A stretch of 64,000 nucleotides of DNA from Felis catus (Eukaryota): positions 70,246,001 through 70,310,000 of the forward strand of contig NC_058376.1 in assembly GCF_018350175.1 (NCBI RefSeq). Reading direction: 5' to 3'. Numbering within the stretch: position 1 is the first letter of the stretch; every line of letters starts with the position of its first letter. Below are positions 1 through 13,270 of the stretch, in pieces. The position numbers and the translations under genes were made by a program. The notes under the pieces are model-generated. The model searched no databases. It was not told the origin of the DNA and saw nothing but the letters and a program-made list of their open reading frames with translations.

Positions 1-1040
1 GGAGAGCAGGAAAGCAGTCCTTGTTCCAGTCTGAACCACTCATCACATTTTTATCCACACAATTTCAGAATAAACAACTTACAGTCAACTTCTAGAAAGT
101 TCTGGAAGAACAAGAAAAGTAGTAAAGGGAAATTATTATTTTGACCAAGAAAGGCTCAAGAATAGATTTCTAGGTAAAGAAGTTAAGAGCAGGAGCATTC
201 CCTCATCTGGCCTAGCCAGATACAATGTATTGGGGAAAAAATGCATGCATTGATGACAGAAGCGTCCCTTAGCTGTGGACACTGTTAAATGACCTCTCAC
301 AGCAATGTGACCTGAGCGGGATAAAGACTTCCACTCGTAGAATCAGGATCCTTGTCCTAAATGGAATCCTACATAGAAACAGTTTCCTTCTTTTTGCAAA
401 GAACAGCTTTCCAAGAACTATAAAGTGGGCCACAGAGGTGGGATTTAGGGCCAGTCATATGAACATACTCCTAAATCACACAAGTTGATAACTAACAGTC
501 TATCCCAGGAAAACCACAGCAAGAAGGAAACCAGAACAAAGAGCCCCCTGTGAGCTGCGACACAGGCCTGCTATCAGCTCATCTTCAAGGGCTCAGGGTC
601 GCTCCCTTCAGGGGAGGTAGGGGCGCGGGGAGAGGTGGGGGGGGGGGGGCACACGCGCTGCCCAGCCAGCTCCAGCCTTCCTGACACCACTCTCCAGCCA
701 GAGCTCACAGACCTGTGGGCTCTGTCACAGTCAGTTTGCAGGATTCAGTGGAAGCACCTTTAATCTGCCCAAATCAGGAGGCAGCAGAAAACTCAGTAAA
801 CAAAGTAAGAAATGCTTAGGACTCTTAAAAAAACAACTCTCAAAATCTAATTATTATTACAAATCTAAATATCATTGAAATAAATGGTACCTGGGATTTA
901 CTTCAAATAATGGGAGAGAGTGGTTAGGCACACAAATCAGATCGTCTAGGAGTTGGTAACTGGCAAAGATGGACAACAGGTATGTGGGTTTAATTTCACT
1001 GTTCTACTTCCATATGTTTGAGCTGTTTCATTATAAAACA

Positions 1041-1248
1041 GGGGTACTGGGGTGGCTCAGTTGGTGAAGCATCCAACTCTTGATTTTGGCTTAGGTCATG
1101 ATCTCAAGGTTTGTGAGACTGAGCCCCACGTTGGGCTCTGCACTGACAGTGCGGAGCCTGCTTGGGATTCTCTCTCTGCCCCTTCCATACTCAAGTGCTC
1201 TCTCTTGCTCTCTCTCTCTCTCTAAATAAATTAAAAAAAAAAAAAAAA
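1041..1248 (+). mobile_element. CAN-SINE
   Basis: tRNA-derived head (gtggctcagttggtgaagc), (CT)n tract, A tail. Confidence 0.9.
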
Positions 1249-1495
1249 GTAAAAACATCATACCAAATCATTGTGAAAATGTAGGTAAATATAAAATTAA
1301 AAAAAAAAAACAGAGAAAACAAAAACCACACATAATCCTATCACCAGAGACAACCACTGTTAACACTTCAGTCTATATACTTCCAATCTTTTCCACATTC
1401 TTCTCTCTTTTGTTTGTCAAGTAGGATCATATGTTTATGCTGTTTTATTACTTGCTTTCCCTTCCTCTCTTACTTTATCAAGAATTATTCAAATC

Positions 1496-2142
1496 CTTGG
1501 GAATGCAAGCTGGGGCAGCCACTCTGGAAAACAGTATGGAGGTTCCTCAAAAAACTAAAAATAGAACTACCCTACGACCCAGCAATTGCACTACTAGGCA
1601 CTTATCCACGGGATACAGGAGTGCTATTTCTAAGGAACACATGCACCCCAATGTTTATAGCAGCACTATCAACAATAGCCAAAGTATGGAAAGAGCCCAA
1701 ATGTCCATCGATCGATGAATGGATAAAGAAGATGTGGTATATATGTACAATGGAGTATTACTCGGCAATCAAAAAGAATGAAATCTTGCCATTTGCAACT
1801 ACATGGATGGACCTGGAGGGTATTATGCTAAGTGAAATTAGCCAGTCAGAGAAAGACAAATATCATATGACTTCACTCATATGAGGACTTTAAGAGACAA
1901 AACAGATGAACATAAGGGAAGGGAAGCAAAAATAATATAAAAACAGGGAGGGGGACAAAACAGAAGAGACTCATAAATATGGAAAACAAACAGAGGGTTA
2001 CTGGAGGGGTGGGGGGGGATGGGCTAAATGGGTAAGGGGCATTAAGGCATCTACTCCTGCAATCATTGTTGCACTATATGCTAAGTAATTTGGATGTAAA
2101 TTTTAAAAAATAAAATTAATAAAATAAAAATAAAAAAAAAAA
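1496..2142 (+). mobile_element. Young 5'-truncated LINE-1 (ORF2 C-terminus, 3'UTR, A tail)
   Basis: Frame reads [34 protein letters not shown]...KYHMTSLI*; perfect 16-bp TSD aagaattattcaaatc at 1480-1495 and 2143-2158. Confidence 0.95.
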
Positions 2143-3607
2143 AAGAATTATTCAAATCTTTAAATGTCCTTTAAGGGTATGATTGCTACATGGTCTTTTA
2201 TCAAAAGGTAAGCCAAAATCTACTTCCAATATATGGCTTCTATAAGTAAGGGTGTGGTGAACTAGGAAGGATGACATTTGTTATAAATAGGTGATTCCAA
2301 GTAAGAAAAAACTGCATGAAATGTCCCCAAGCAGAAACTGACAGTACACATGAAAAGAAATACTAAGAGAGCCACTGCTGGCTCATAGACTACATAATTC
2401 CCAGCAGTTAGGAACCTTCCAGGTACTCGCCATTGCTAAGGCCATGGTGGGAAGAAGAGGAAAATGTCAACACCTAAAACTGAAATACGGTCATAAAGTG
2501 AGCAATAATTCACACAGTACATTCACACAGTGGTTTAAGAAATCTGCCAGCATCTCTATGGGAAGGTTCTGTAAACACAAGAGTAGATCCTGCGGCTTCT
2601 CGGCTTCTCGGAGACCACTGTGCCTCAGGCATTCAACCGTGGCCTTTCCGATCACTCTATCAGAATTAACATAACTGGACATGGCTTTGTTCTGCCACTG
2701 AGTTCTTTCCCTCAAGCCCTAAGGATGATTTCCTCCCCCATAAAAAGAAAATCCACAAAATCCTCGAGCTGGGGAGATAGATGAGAGGGATCCTGTTTTC
2801 CCTGCACTATTTGTCCCTGCCAAGAAGGAGATTCGGCAGAATATCTGTGAAGACAACGCCTCATATGATCAATGTCTGAATGCCAGTCAAAAATGTAATT
2901 TTTCTTTCTGAAGCAAATCCATAAATGGCCTATATTGTGACACAGTGTAAAGACTGAGAGCTGAACACATTCCAGCCATGTTCCGTCTGGCTTTCCTGGG
3001 CTGCTACAAACCACCAGAGGCCTCTGAACCAAACTGTTTGGCTCTGGCCCAGCAGCCGGGAAGGGCGGCGCAGCCACCGCAAGGCCATCTCCTTTAGGGG
3101 TGGCCCCGAGGACACAGTGAATGACGACAGAGCTGCAGGGGGACCAAGAAGGCAACCGCAGGCAACTACGCTTTCTTCCCATTTTTTCCTTCCCCTTATC
3201 CCTCCCTGTCTACCATTTCAGTTTTTTATTTCAGAAAGGACAACTGTGGCTCTCTTATCACCAGGTCAAGGACGGAGTGGAGAAAAAGTGGGTCTGTGAC
3301 ACACTGGACACGTGCTGAGGTCAGAAACTATGTAAGTGGTTAATTAAGTGCTTACCACTTAGTAAATGAACAGCAGCCTCTCCAAACTGAGTTTTAGCCC
3401 CTCCCCCAAACATGGGGGTCCCAGCGATCGCCCTACTGCTGAGCCACCGAAATTTTCAAGAGGGCATGCTCAGTGATGAGCACTCGGAAAAAATTGTGAA
3501 AGTATGTGTTGGAATGGCAAATTCAAGAGTGATTTTTTAAAAAAATCTTGCTGTTATTGAGTTGTTTTGATAGTAGCAAACTAGTTTAGGAATAAGTTAT
3601 TACCTAC

Positions 3608-4390
3608 CAAGTGTCAGGGCGGATGTGGAGAAAAAGGAACTCTCATGTACTGTTGGTGAGAATAGAAATTGGTAGAGCCACTGGAAAATCATAGGGAAGT
3701 TCCTTAAAAAGTGAAAAATATAAATACCATATCATCCAGTAATTCTACTACTGTATTGACCAAAGAAAATGAAAACACTTGAAAAGATCTATGTGTTTAT
3801 GTTTAATGCAGCATTATTTACAGTGCCAAGATATGGGGACACCCCAAGTGTCCACTGAGAGATGAATGGATAAAGAGGAAATGGTGTGTGCACACACACA
3901 TACACATATAATGGAATATTATTCAGCTACACAAAAAGAATGAGATCTTGACATTTGCAACAACATGGATGGGCCTCGAGGGTATAACGCTAAATGAAAG
4001 AAGTCGGACAGAGAAAGACACATACCATATGATGTCACTTACATGTGGAATTTAAAAAACAAATCAAATGAACAAACAAATAAACAAAAAGCAGAAATAG
4101 ACCCAGAGAACAAGCTGATGATTGCCAGAGAGGAGGGCAGTGGGAGAATGGGCCAAATGAGTGAAGGGTCGTGGGAGGTATGGGCTTCCAGTTCTGGGAA
4201 GAATAATGTACGGAGATCAAAGGCACAGCATAGGGAATGTAGTCAGTGGTATTATAACATGTACTATGATGACAGAGGGTAGCTACTCTTGTGATGAACA
4301 CAGCATAATACATATGTTTATCAAATCACTATGTTGTACACCTGAAATTAATGCACCATGTGTCAACTATACTTCAATTAAAACAAAAAG
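3608..4390 (+). mobile_element. Older LINE-1 3' fragment (degenerate ORF2 end and 3'UTR)
   Basis: ggatgtggagaaaaaggaactctc...gatgaatggataaag...caactatacttcaattaaaa resemble the L1 3' end; frame disrupted. Confidence 0.85.
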
Positions 4391-4949
4391 CTATCACCAA
4401 CGTTCCATTTATCTATTTCACTGGGACTGGAACCTCTCAGAGCATGGGTTCATTTCTGACCTAGGTCTGTGTCCTCCCTCTGGATTCATACACCACAGAA
4501 AAGCTGGAGAAAAACAAATAGAAATGCAACCTGAGATGACATGCAGTTCTCTTTTTCAGCCAGATTCGCTAATCCAGCAATCTTTAAGGTTGGCCAAAAC
4601 TGGGCCAGAAGGCTCAACAGGCCTCATGCATAGGGCTTGAACTTTACCTTTTCCCACCAAAAGAAGCAAGAGTCTAATGCATAAATGCAGAACAGCTGTC
4701 TTCTGGCAAAGACAGCGTCCCGTCACACACACATGGCCACACCCTGAAACAGAGACATACACCCGCCCCGACCCATCACTGAGCTCCAGCTGACTTGACT
4801 GCTGTAGGTTTCCCCAAAGGTCCCTGAGCTCACCCTCGGATGTAAGAATGGACACGAGCCACAGGCTGGGGTGGCTCAAAATCTGCCATCTCCTACCGGC
4901 AGGGCCAACGCCCGCCCACATGTAGAGATGAAACAGAAAGAAAAGTTAC

Positions 4950-5118
4950 CTTGCAGACAGCCGCCTGGAGTATTGCATCAAAGCCTCCTTCGGGAGCATC
5001 GCGGTTCCGGGACACCCTCTGTTTCCGAACCTCCTCATTGAAGCTGTCAACTCTGTCTGTAAGGGGCAGCAGATGGCGGAACCCAAAGGATGGGACGCAG
5101 TTTGGGAATAATTTGTAA
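4950..5118 (-). CDS. ITGB5: Integrin beta-5 exon 5 ([56 protein letters not shown]); gene continues beyond the window start
   Basis: 169 bp; acceptor ctctctag|T, donor AAG|gtaac; conserved DAPEGGFDA motif. Confidence 0.97.
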
Positions 5119-6231
5119 CTAGAGAGAAAGAAGAGAAGAGTCACTTTCCACCACTGTAGGTAAATCTTAAGCAACCAAGTACTCTGTGTGTTCACTGAGT
5201 GCCTTGAGCAGCAGTAATGAATATTTACCCAGCACCTACTGTGTGCCCCTGGGACACACAAAGAGAGAGACAACATGGTTCTTACTCTACAAAGGCCAAG
5301 CCCTACACTACAGGCAAGTCAGCATATCCAGGTTGTATGTGAATGGAACGGACAAATGGTTCGAAAAAAGGAGATAATAGCAGACTACTGCCGTCAGAGG
5401 AATACGTCACAGAGATGCCCTGCCATGGGCCTTGAAAGATGGGAGGGACCAGTGGCATGGGCACCATGGCCTGGGCAGCACAGCAGGGAAGGATCTTTTG
5501 GGCTAAGAAAGGTGGGCAGTGTCGAGTGAGAGCAGCCTGAACAGAGGTACTATATGAAAGCAGCTTCCCACATCAACTCTGCTGCTGCCACGTGTTAAAA
5601 GATCACATAGAATCCCTTTGAGTGAACCCACTCAGAGATGCGAAGGACATCCTGGCACATGAGCAAAAGCTAGTGGAACAGGAACGAAGGCATTCTATCT
5701 GCTACTTCATTCATTTATAAATATTGTGATGATAAGCGACCAGCTCTCCTAAATGCAACAGAGATCACTCAGAAGCTAACTGTCCTCAGATGGAAAATTA
5801 GATGTGGCAATTTGGGAAGAGGCAAGTATTGCGTCTCAATAGCAAGTTAATGCCACGTCTTTCTCCTGCAATACTGGGCGATCTCATCTTCAGTCTGCAG
5901 TTGAGATCCTGAGTGGTTCCATCCCTGGAGGAAATTAGATTCCAATTACAGATCTAGGAGTCTCAGCTTGGCATGCAGTCACTGACACAGGAAGAGAGGC
6001 CTTCCATTGTTTCACCAGTGGATTCTCGAGGGGAGAGGGAAGAGGGTCCTGGCCAGAGAGAAGTACACATGCAAGAGCCCCGTGGCAGGAGAGAACACAG
6101 GGAGCCCAAGAACAAGGAAGGCCAGTGAAGCTGCAGTGGGGGCAGACAAGGTGAGGATAGGCCAAAGCGAGGCTGAGAAGGCAGACTGAAAGAGACTGTG
6201 CAAGTTTGCGGCCACATTAAGAAAGCCTCTC

Positions 6232-6465
6232 GGGGCGCCTGGGTGGCGCAGTCGGTTAAGCGTCCGACTTCAGCCAGGTCACGATCTCGTGGTCCGTGAG
6301 TTCGAGCCCCGCGTCGGGCTCTGGACTGATGGCTCAGAGCCTGGAGCCTGTTTCCGATTCTGTGTCTCCCTCTCTCTCTGCTCCTCCCCTGTTCATGCTC
6401 TGTCTCTCTCTGTCCCAAAAATAAATAAACGTTGAAAAAAAAAAAATTAAAAAAAAAAAAAAAAA
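6232..6465 (+). mobile_element. Young feliform CAN-SINE (SINEC_Fc-like)
   Basis: CpG-intact head ggggcgcctgggtggcgcagtcggttaagcgtccg; long A tail; perfect TSD aagaaagcctctc at 6219-6231 and 6466-6478. Confidence 0.95.
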
Positions 6466-7789
6466 AAGAAAGCCTCTCTTTTAGAACAAATGATGGAAAA
6501 AAAAAAACAACACTAACAGAGAGGCATGGGCGGGGGTGGGAGGGGGGTGGGGGGGCGGGGCGGGTGGTTATAATCCAACTTAAGCCATGTGCATGGAGAG
6601 GGAAACAGGCTTAGCAACTGCTAGGGAATCCTGCCTAACTGCAGCCAAGAAGCAGCAGCCAGGGCAGGTCTGGACAGGTTCCCTTCCTCCAAACAAGAGG
6701 CAAACTTTGGCTTTCTAAGAGGCCATTCCACTCTCCTTCAGGACCTACAGTGCCTGCTCCATCCACCAGTCACCGCAGCAAACCGGCTCTGGACAGAGTC
6801 AACCCCACTGCCATTCTGGCCACGACTCTCTCTGGATGGGGGCGGGAGCTACAGGCTTCATCCACCTGCCTTCCCTTGGCTTCACTCCCTCCTTCTTCCT
6901 CACACTTCACTTGTACCTTGTGCTTGGACAGAACAGACTTTTCTATATATGATCTGGACCATCAAATTTTTCATTCCCATCTCATTTTTCCTTGAAGACA
7001 AGGTCATGGAAATTATATTCCTGGAGAGAAGAAGGAAATGAGCGGACGAGGTCCTATTGGTAGTTATTTGACAAATGGACAGGTGCAGGAGGAAGAAAAC
7101 ACACACAAATTTTCCCTTCCTTCAGGCCGCTCCTCCTCTCTGTGTGGTTCTGGTCTACTATGCAGGACTTTGGGAATGTGATTGTTGTCACAGTTGACCG
7201 AGTGGGGTGAGGAGAGAAAGGAGAGGAAAAGAATGATAACTGCTGTTCGGCGAGAAAGCCAGGGAAGCTGTGAAAAGCTCACCAAAATTAGCTTGGCATT
7301 TTTTACCTTTCCCCTTTTATTCATGCTAACAACATTAAGTAGATATATTTTTACTTGGAGAATTACTATTAAATAATCAGGAAATAGAAAATGTGTTTGC
7401 CAGAGAGAAGCCTTCATGGCAGAGAATTTACTACAACCAAATCAGTCATCTCTTTGAGGAAAACAGCTTTGTCACAGATCCTGCTGCATGTCCCATAGTC
7501 ACTAAAATACGATGTCCCCTGTGACTATTTAATTTAACCTCTGGCAGAACTGAGTGAACTGAAGGTCTGGGCACTTGGGGGTCTAACTCCAGGAAATGCT
7601 CCAGCCCCCACCCTGTGTCTGTCTGTAGAGCCCTGTTTGGGGCCATGTATAGGGAGTTATTCCATCAAGGATTATAACCAAGAAGGTAAGTAAAATATAT
7701 ATGCTTAAGTTGCCTGGGGGAGCATGTACGTAAGAAAAGTGATTCCAATTTGAAGACGCTAGACCCAGGCAAATCCAGAAAACAATCTA

Positions 7790-9335
7790 TGGCTTCAGGA
7801 CAATATTGTGGGACAAGCTGACTGGAAACAGCTCTGTCTTAGTCTAAATACAGAACTGCCAGATAACATATAATTTTTCAAAATGCTCATATGTAAATGT
7901 TAATATGGAAGCTTAGCGGGGAAATCCCAGCTGCCGGAGATGAAGGAAAAAAAAAAACCATTCAACAAATGAGTACAGTTTCAAGATGAGGTGGGCCTGG
8001 AGTAAGAGCTCATGCCAAAGAGCTCCCGGATGTGCCAGGACCCGACGGAGGTCCTAAGGGTTGGGGGCACGATTCTAACGGGGACGGATGAAGCACTGGA
8101 ACAGGGCTCTCTTCATAAAGCTAAGCTCTACAAAGAGCTGCCCTGTCACCAAAATGAAAGACACAAATTCCAGCCACTAGCCTGGGAAAGAAGCAAGGAA
8201 GGGCCATTCTGGGCCGAGAGCAAGATGAATCACCCATAAAAATTGTTAACTCCAGGCTCGAGCAAGTCAGGATTCACTACTTTATGGTGAAGGAACCCCC
8301 AAAGGAACAATAAACAGGAAAACTAGTCCCATCGAAACCCGGAGGATCCAGGCAAACACATAACTGCCCTACAAGGATGGGGCTGTGATCCTCGCCCAGA
8401 AAACCACCTCGGATGAAGAGGAGCTTATGACAAACTATGGATCCCGTGAGAAACAAACCACCATGAAGGAATGTCCACAAATGCAACAAACTGAATGATG
8501 TGCCGTTCAAGAAACAGAGATAACAGAATGATTTGAAGCACTGTAAACGCAAGGATATTTAAAACATTAAAGGAGAGGAAAGAATACATACCAAAAGCCA
8601 GAACAGGATATTATTAGAAGAAAAAAAAAACAAGACTGTGAAAACAAAACAATATAAAAAACAGAAGTTTGGAAAAAGAACCAAATAAAAACTATAGTCA
8701 GTGAAATTCAAATATGAAACTTCAGTGTATGGACTAACCAACTAAAAACCAAAATGGTAAACTAGAAGAAATTTCTTACTAGGGAAATTAGCGTTAGAAA
8801 ATGAAGAGGAGAGGAGCCCCTCAGTGGCTCAGTCAGTTAAGTGTCTGACTCTTGATCTTGGCTCAGGTCATGATCTTACAGGTTCATGGGTTCAAGCCCC
8901 AGGTCGGGCTCAGCACCGACAGTGCGGAGTCTGCTTGCCTGCTTGGGATCCTCTCTCCCCCACTCTTTCCCTTCCCCAACTTGTATGCACGTGTGCATAT
9001 TCTCTCAGAAATAAGTAATAAACATCTTTTTAAAAAAGAAAGAAAATTAAGAAGATAGAGGAATCAAAGAGAAAATGTCTGAGAATTTTCAAGGATAAAG
9101 ACGTATTCTCTGATTAAACAAGCAGACCAGATTCTGAGCAATGTAAATAAAAGCAAATCCAATCTAGACACATTCAAATGTGTACCATTATAGAATATGA
9201 AAAGCACAGGAAAATATTAAAAGCCACCAGAGAGAAGGAAAACCATTAGATGGACAGCCACCTTCTCATCAGCCACAGGACATGTCAGAAGACAATGAAA
9301 TAACACCATCAAGGTGATGAAGGAATACTATGACC
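7790..9335 (+). mobile_element. Ancient L1 5'/ORF1 remnant, interrupted by a CAN-SINE
   Basis: A-rich; aaagccaccagagagaagg...ttctcatcagccacagg...agaagacaatgaaataacacc resembles a decayed ORF1 C-terminus; boundaries approximate. Confidence 0.55.
8811..9040 (+). mobile_element. CAN-SINE
   Basis: gtggctcagtcagttaagtgtctgactcttg head and A-rich tail. Confidence 0.88.
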
Positions 9336-9429
9336 CTTGGAAGAAACACACGGAGGGTAAGGGAAAACATAAATGATGAAGGATGAAATATGTCAGTTTA
9401 CTTGCCCAGATTTTTGCATGTGTATTTCC

Positions 9430-9695
9430 ATTTTTGTTGTGTGGTGAGAACATTTAAGATCTACTCACTCTCTTCCAAGTATACAAGTGTATGCTCCAAG
9501 TATAATACCGTTAACTAGCATCACTGTGCCATACGCTACATCCCCAGGACATACTCATCTTATAACTGGAAGTCTGTACCTTTTGACCAACATCTCCATG
9601 TTCCCCCCACCTCCCAGCAATTACCAGTCTACTCTGTTTCCGTGAGTTTGGCTTTGTTAGGCCCCACCTATAAATGAGACATGACATGTATTTCA
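9430..9695 (-). mobile_element. L1 3'UTR fragment
   Basis: gtgagaacatttaagatctact...cttataactggaagtctgtaccttttgacc is typical of a reversed L1 3' end. Confidence 0.7.
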
Positions 9696-11749
9696 ACAAC
9701 AGCCCGATACCTCGAGCAAAAGGAAATGTCTTCAGGGCCGGGGATAACAGGCTGCATTAATCCTTCAAATCCTCTATCAGTAAATCCCACATGACTTTTC
9801 TCAGTGACACTCTTCCTGTTACTCAAAATAGCAAGTAAACAGATTTTCAATCTGGTGATTAAATGATACTGTGCCTTTTTTCCGATTATGGCAGCCCTGT
9901 TACTACTACTTACTCCAGTCCTGGCATTTCTAGCACATTCTAAGATAGGAAGGGATGAATCTAGGATTTTGATCCTTTGGCAAAAACGTCTGGAGCAGGA
10001 GGAGGGACAAACCTCAGAAAAGCCCCATGAAAAACCAGCTCTCTTTTCTCTGAGGTGTCCTGCATAGGTGATTAAGTCACTCCTGACTCTATTTTCCCAA
10101 AACTTCCTGGGGGCTCTTGCTGTTCCCACTCCCTCAGGGGAGAAAAATCCAACTGAAGGGGCCATCGGAGCTTGAGGAGAACCCCATGACTCTCCTCTGC
10201 GCACTAGCTGAAGGAAAAGAATAGACGAGGATCACAGGCAGTGTGCACCGGGCCAGGGATGAAAGGCAGACAAGGGAGGCGGGCCAGCTGTGCGACATGA
10301 AGAGTGGTAAGGACAGCAGCGGCGGAGCATGTGGTACAAACCCAGCTCCAACAGACCTGCCCGCTGTTCTAGAAAACCTGGAAATCCTGGTTATTCTGGG
10401 TCAAATCTTCTAACAAAGCACACACAGGCTGGATCAGGTATAGGGACAGCCACCGTTCGCTGTTCTCCCCAGGAACAGCGGGAATCTCTGGGACCCAGGA
10501 CACCACATGCATTCCACTGCCTGGCCGTGCGGAGATAAACCTCAGCCTGCTCACTGAGCCAGAGTGACTCCCTGATGCGGTGCCCAGCTTACAGAAGAGA
10601 GATTTGCATGACTCGGCCCTGCTGTTTCCTTCAGAACTCCTGTTCTTCACTAGATTTCCTGCCTTGCGAGTCTTTCAGGGTGCCTGTGCTCACCGAGAAG
10701 ACTTTTACGTCTACAATTGGTTCTGCCTTCCAGGCCTTCAAGAGGGACTCTGGATAAATTGTGCGTGATAACCCTGAATATCTGAATGCTGAGTCTCCAG
10801 AGATAGTCCCCTCCATCCTCTCTGGGCTGCCAATCTAGCACATCTTACAGTGAGTGGATGGTCCTGGGGAAGTGACCGTGGAGATATACCCTGTCTGTCC
10901 AGAAACAGGGCCCAATCAGAAGGCAGAGGTGAAAAGAAGCAGACAGAATCACTCTTAGGGATGAATTGAAAAAGGCTTTGGTTAAGCTGCTGTTGTACCT
11001 GGTAAGAAGCAAAACTCCAACAACAGGTCACGGCACTGAGACTCAGCTGAAAAGGCCTTGGAGACGGGACCAAAGTAATAATAATGCCAGAGGCCACCTG
11101 TGGCCAGGAGGAAGCTAAACCCAGCAAATGATGACACCTGGGCCTCTTCACAGTTAAGGAATTTAGAATTGCTTTTGTATTTAAATCTTTTTCTTATCTA
11201 TTATCTTCCCCACCATTGTGTCAGTTCCCAACCCCTGGGGAACACGTAAGGGAGCTTCTAGGAGATTTACAGAAAATTAGGAAAGATTCCGGAAGACATA
11301 CATTACCAGCATAAACACCACTGCATCCTGAGCACCCAGCCAAACCCAGGCCTGGGAGCTGTTGAGGTTGTGGGAGATTAGCTGGGGAGCTGGGCAGGCT
11401 CAGGGGCTTAGGAACAGCTCTCTTCCCCCCAGGGGCAGCCAAGTAACCCAAGAACTGAAAATGCCACCACAGGTGGAAGGTCCTGGATCTGAGTCACCGC
11501 TGAAAGGAGAGCTGCCGTGGAAACCAGTTCAGGCCTCATCAGAGTTTGTACAAGCAAGAAAGACACTCTGATGGTGCTGAGCCACTGAGATTTGGGGGCT
11601 ATGTTACTGTTGCATCACCTAACATTACCCTTAGGCAAGCGCCTTGAAGGTCGGGTTGTTTGGGGATGGGCGTTTGTCCTCAGACTCAGGTAAAGCCTCT
11701 GTGCGGTGCGGTCATGTGATTTGAATTCGGAAAAAGCAAGCACCATATT

Positions 11750-11970
11750 AATGGGAATGCAGACTCTAAAACTAGTTTGTCTGGACTCTTACCCCAAATC
11801 TACCCCTTACAAGTTGTGTAATCTTAGGTAAGTGGTTTATCCTAAGCCTTGGTTGGCTCACATAAATCTTAGAGACCTCAAAAGATTGCCATCAGACTTG
11901 AATGAGATAATCCACATGGTTCAAGGCATATAGTACAGTGCCTGATGCTTGGTAAGAATCTCAGTCTTAG
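11750..11970 (+). mobile_element. MIR-like SINE relic
   Basis: gttgtgtaatcttaggtaagtggttta...ttgaatgagataat...acagtgcctg resembles the MIR core. Confidence 0.55.
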
Positions 11971-12611
11971 CAGCTTCTTATCTAATAAGTATTCTGGGGT
12001 CTTACATCCCAAAGCCTAACTAAAGTTGTGTGTGGGGATGAGAAAGAAAAACTTGGAAGTTACCACTCATTGTAATCCTGCCCACATCATCCTGACATTT
12101 ACAGGAACACTCGTAAGACTAGAAAGGAAACAAACGAACCTTGTAGAGGTTGCCTTGGGGGAGTTGGAGGCTGTGACCCTCCACCCCCCACACAAACACA
12201 CCATGGCAGAGTCCTGTCCACCAATCCTGTTTCCTCTTCTTCCTGAGCACAACTGAACTGGTTTCCAGCTTCATTGCTAGAATTCCATCGTGTCTGATAA
12301 AGTGCAGAAGTGGCAAAGGCTATTCACTGGTGGCCCATAAGCTCCTCCTATGAGCGTCCGCCCAGGCACAACGACCCTAAAAGCCACATGTAGAAGATAG
12401 AGGAGTACAGGGTGGGCAGAGCAAGGGTCCCTGAGTCACCGCGTGGAAGGGAGGTGTCCACTGGATTTAGGTAAGCAGGAAATAAACTTCTATCACGACA
12501 CACTTTTCGATTTATTTGTTGGAGCAGTTAGAAATTCCCGCTGTCTGATAATCTGTCAAATATTTTCCAATTCAAGTACTTGACTTATGTTGGAAAAAAC
12601 AAAATCATACC

Positions 12612-12839
12612 TTTTTTTTTTTAAATTTTTTTTAACGTTTTTATTTATTTTTGAGACAGAGAGAGACAGAGCATGAATGGGGGAGGGTCAGAGAGAGAGG
12701 GAGACACAGAATCTGAAACAGGCTCCAGGCTCTGGGCTGTCAGCACAGAGCCCAATGTGGGGCTCGAACTCACAGACTGTGATATCATGACCTGAGCCGA
12801 AGTCGGATGCTTAACCAACTGAGCCACCCAGGCACCCCC
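12612..12839 (-). mobile_element. CAN-SINE
   Basis: Reverse-oriented consensus; TSD caaaatcatacctt on both sides. Confidence 0.92.
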
Positions 12840-13049
12840 AAAATCATACCTTTAAAACCCAGGACTTCCATTTCATTTTGCCAAGTTAAGTTATATTTAC
12901 ATAACAACAGGGACAGATTTTGAATTCACTTATCCCCAAGCACCTCAGTTTACCCCAAGCAAGAGGAAAGGTTACACTGTTCTGCCTGCTCCCTCCCTGA
13001 ACCTGGGTGTCCACTTACTGAAAACATTGTCTAAAATCACTCAATGTAG

Positions 13050-13270
13050 AGGGACGCCTGGGAGGTTCCGTTGGATTAGCGTTTGACTCTTGGTTTCGGC
13101 TCAGGTCATGATCTCACAGTTTTGTGAGTTCAAGCCCCACTCTGGGCTCTGCGCTGGCAGCATGGAGCCTGCTTGGGATTCTGTCTCTCTCCCTCTTTCT
13201 CTGCCCCTCCCCCACTCACACTGTCTATGTCTCTCTCAAAATGAATAAATAAGCTTAAAAATAAATAAAT
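13050..13270 (+). mobile_element. CAN-SINE directly abutting an L1
   Basis: Head gggacgcctggg..., (CT)-rich tract, tail aaaataaataaat running into L1 ORF2 sequence. Confidence 0.9.

Noticed and set aside
5963-6418. Recurrent ORFs such as MAQSVK...SLEPASDSVSPSLSAPPP across the window
   Set aside because: Translations of CAN-SINE consensus; the recurrence reflects repeat copies, not a gene family or CRISPR-like array.
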